DNA of 8,765 nucleotides from a virus (Duplodnaviria; Heunggongvirae; Uroviricota; Caudoviricetes): IMG/VR virus record IMGVR_UViG_2778261170_000011, positions 1 to 8,765 of that record; one strand, 5' to 3'. Shown piece by piece: positions 7,000 to 8,765 of this stretch (position 1 is its first letter; each line of letters starts with the position of its first letter). The notes under the pieces were generated by a model. It saw only the letters and a program-made list of their open reading frames with translations, ran no database searches and was not told where the DNA came from. The position numbers and the translations under genes were made by a program.

Positions 7000-8187
7000 T
7001 CAGCTGATACTGATGCCTGCGGTGGCTTTCTTCATCACCACAACCAGCAAATCGCTGATACTTGCTGTGGGATACCAGTTATTTACCAGCCATGCTGACA
7101 CCGAAAACTCCAGTGTCATGTGACCGTGACCGGCAGGCATATCAATAACGCCACTGTAAATCAGCGTATTATCCAGCGCGGTACGGTTATAAATTTCAGC
7201 ACCGTTTTTCCGCACTATCAGACGGCATGAGGAGTAAATATCAGTATGCTCTCTCTCATGTTTAGCGCCGCTGAATGCCACCGCCGGAATAACAATCTGC
7301 CGGTCAAACGGCTGATCGTCATAAATCCTGACGGTAATGGTCCCTGATGGCCACCGTTCCGGTGCACGGGAGTCCCGGGGGAAAGCTTTGCCCACTGTTT
7401 TAACGAGATCGCCTTCAATCTGGTTCGCGGACAGTTTTCCCAGAACCCGGCAGTTCTCGTTAATCGTGACGTTGTTGAGCGTCCCGGAGTTCGCATTCAC
7501 GTTACCGCTGATATCGGCATTTTTCGCCGTCAGCCGCCCGTCCGGTGTCAGGGAAAATGCCGGAGGATTACCGCCGCTGGTAATGGTGGGAGCCGTCAGA
7601 TATTTCAGGAACACTTCGTTCATGAATATCTGATCGCCCTGACCAACAAACATCGGCTTTGTGTTGCCATTCGCAGGATTAACCATCGCAATCCTGTCCG
7701 CCGCCAGCAGCACCTGACTCTGCATGCCGTCAGGGGTGTTCTCAATACCGGCACCAATACCCGCGATATAAAGGCGTCCGTCCTGCATCTGCTGCAGCTT
7801 CACAGCCCACATGCTGTTCAGGTTATTATTTGTATCAACCTGAACCTTCTGTATCTGCTGAATTGCCGCACTCTGGTCTTCCAGTTTCTTATTGACGGTC
7901 TGCGTGATTTCATTGCTGACATCCGTAATGGACGTCCTGATTTCAGCCAGGTCAGGCGCAAGCTGACCGTTATCAATCTGCGTCCACAGCTCCTGAGCCA
8001 GATGGCTTTTCCCTATCTCGCCTTTGAAAAAATCCAGATAGCCGGATGCATCATCACTCGGCTGGCCAACAGCCTCCACAAATGCCGATTTGCCAACGGT
8101 GTTCACACTGCGAACGTAAAAATAATAATCATGGCCCGGTTTGATATTGATACTGGCGGCTATCCAGTACAGCCCCGTGCCAAGATA
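7000..8187 (-). pseudogene. J: C-terminal fragment (~395 codons) of tail-tip host-specificity protein J; 5' portion deleted
   Basis: The open frame reads ...[42 protein letters not shown]... through ...[41 protein letters not shown] (7002-7000), consistent with the lambda J C-terminus as I recall it. The track's M at 8106 is an internal GTG, not a real start. Upstream of ~8187 the frame runs into terminase-derived DNA with no J start or ribosome-binding site. Confidence 0.85.
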
Positions 8188-8765
8188 TCCCCTTTCGTTT
8201 TCATCCAGTCTTTGACAATCTGCACCCAGGTGGTGAACGGGCTGTACGCTGTCCAGATGTGAAAGGTCACACTGTCAGGTGGCTCAATCTCTTCACCGGA
8301 TGACGAAAACCAGAGAATGCCATCACGGGTCCAGATCCCGGTCTTTTCGCAGATATAACGGGCATCAGTAAAGTCCAGCTCCTGCTGGCGGATGACGCAG
8401 GCATTATGCTCGCAGAGATAAAACACGCTGGAGGGGTCATCCGGCGTCCATTTGAGGCCAAACGGCGTCTCTTTGTCGCCAAATTTAAGATACTGCTCCT
8501 CCCCGCAATGCGGGCAGGCAACATGAAAACGCATAAAATGCGGGGATTCACTGGCTGCACGCTCAATCTGACAGGTGCCTCTCACTTTTGGCGTGGAGCC
8601 ACGGATGGACTTTGGCCAGACCGAGCCTTCAATACGCTTGTCACCCAGGAACGTCGGAGAGCCTTCCTGTTCAATATCATCATCAAAAGCAGCAAGTTCA
8701 TCATAACCCGCCACATCCACCGACTTTTCACGGTAGTTTTTTGCCGCTTTACCGCCCAGGCACCA
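8160..8765 (-). pseudogene. A: internal fragment of terminase large subunit (lambda gpA-like); N-terminal part beyond the window, C-terminal part deleted
   Basis: Minus-strand translation from the window edge reads [193 protein letters not shown], matching lambda gpA (roughly residues 170-360) as I recall it. After GD (codon 8189-8187) the sequence diverges to [12 protein letters not shown] (TAG 8162-8160) instead of TGKRK.... The track's M at 8720 is an internal GTG (Val). Confidence 0.9.

Larger units (their letters stand above)
2225..8765. mobile_element. defective (cryptic) lambda-like prophage remnant, late region, with internal A-to-J deletion; extends beyond the right edge and probably also includes the AT-rich cargo to the left
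   Basis: Gene order A'-'J-lom-stf on one strand matches the lambda late-region order with the head and tail genes missing. Two truncated genes and one frameshifted gene. A compositionally foreign cargo gene sits where the lambda b region would be. Confidence 0.8.

Noticed and set aside
7218-7633. 92-aa minus-strand and 98-aa plus-strand ORFs inside J
   Set aside because: Alternative or antisense frames within the J fragment; no independent support.
8002-8566. 86-aa plus-strand ORF (8002-8262) and 99-aa minus-strand ORF (8267-8566)
   Set aside because: They overlap the terminase and J fragments in other frames. The terminase frame is confirmed by long colinear homology.
7000-8720. ORF-track start codons at 8106 (J fragment) and 8720 (terminase fragment) as genuine translation starts
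   Set aside because: Both are internal GTG codons (Val in the full-length proteins), and the homologous frame stays open upstream of each. These are truncated genes, not small intact CDSs.
1-8765. Search for tRNA, rRNA, integrase, attachment-site repeats or transposase
   Set aside because: No cloverleaf-like or rRNA-like sequence, no recombinase or transposase ORF, and no long direct or inverted terminal repeats found by eye. Prophage ends are presumably outside the window.

Overview
The window holds two compositionally distinct parts. (1) Positions 1..1743 (+) are a strongly AT-rich gene for a 580-aa P-loop NTPase whose Walker A (GSWGTGKT) and Walker B (FILDDIER) motifs look KAP-family-like; this is the best candidate for an anti-phage or abortive-infection cargo gene. 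(2) Positions ~2225..8765 (minus strand) are a GC-normal remnant of a lambda-like prophage late region: a terminase large-subunit (A) fragment running off the right edge and joined out of frame at ~8186 to the C-terminal ~395 codons of tail-tip protein J; then lom, frameshifted in a 7-C homopolymer; a full-length side tail fibre (stf) with in-frame ~189-bp tandem repeats; a 93-aa acidic ORF; a 346-aa fibre-like protein with a C-terminal S74-type intramolecular chaperone domain; and a ~97-aa membrane protein. The two gene sets converge on a ~480-bp AT-rich non-coding spacer (1744..2224). No rRNA, tRNA, CRISPR array, integrase or transposase was seen. All family assignments rest on motifs and recalled homologues read by eye; no database search or computation was run, and composition is estimated, not calculated.
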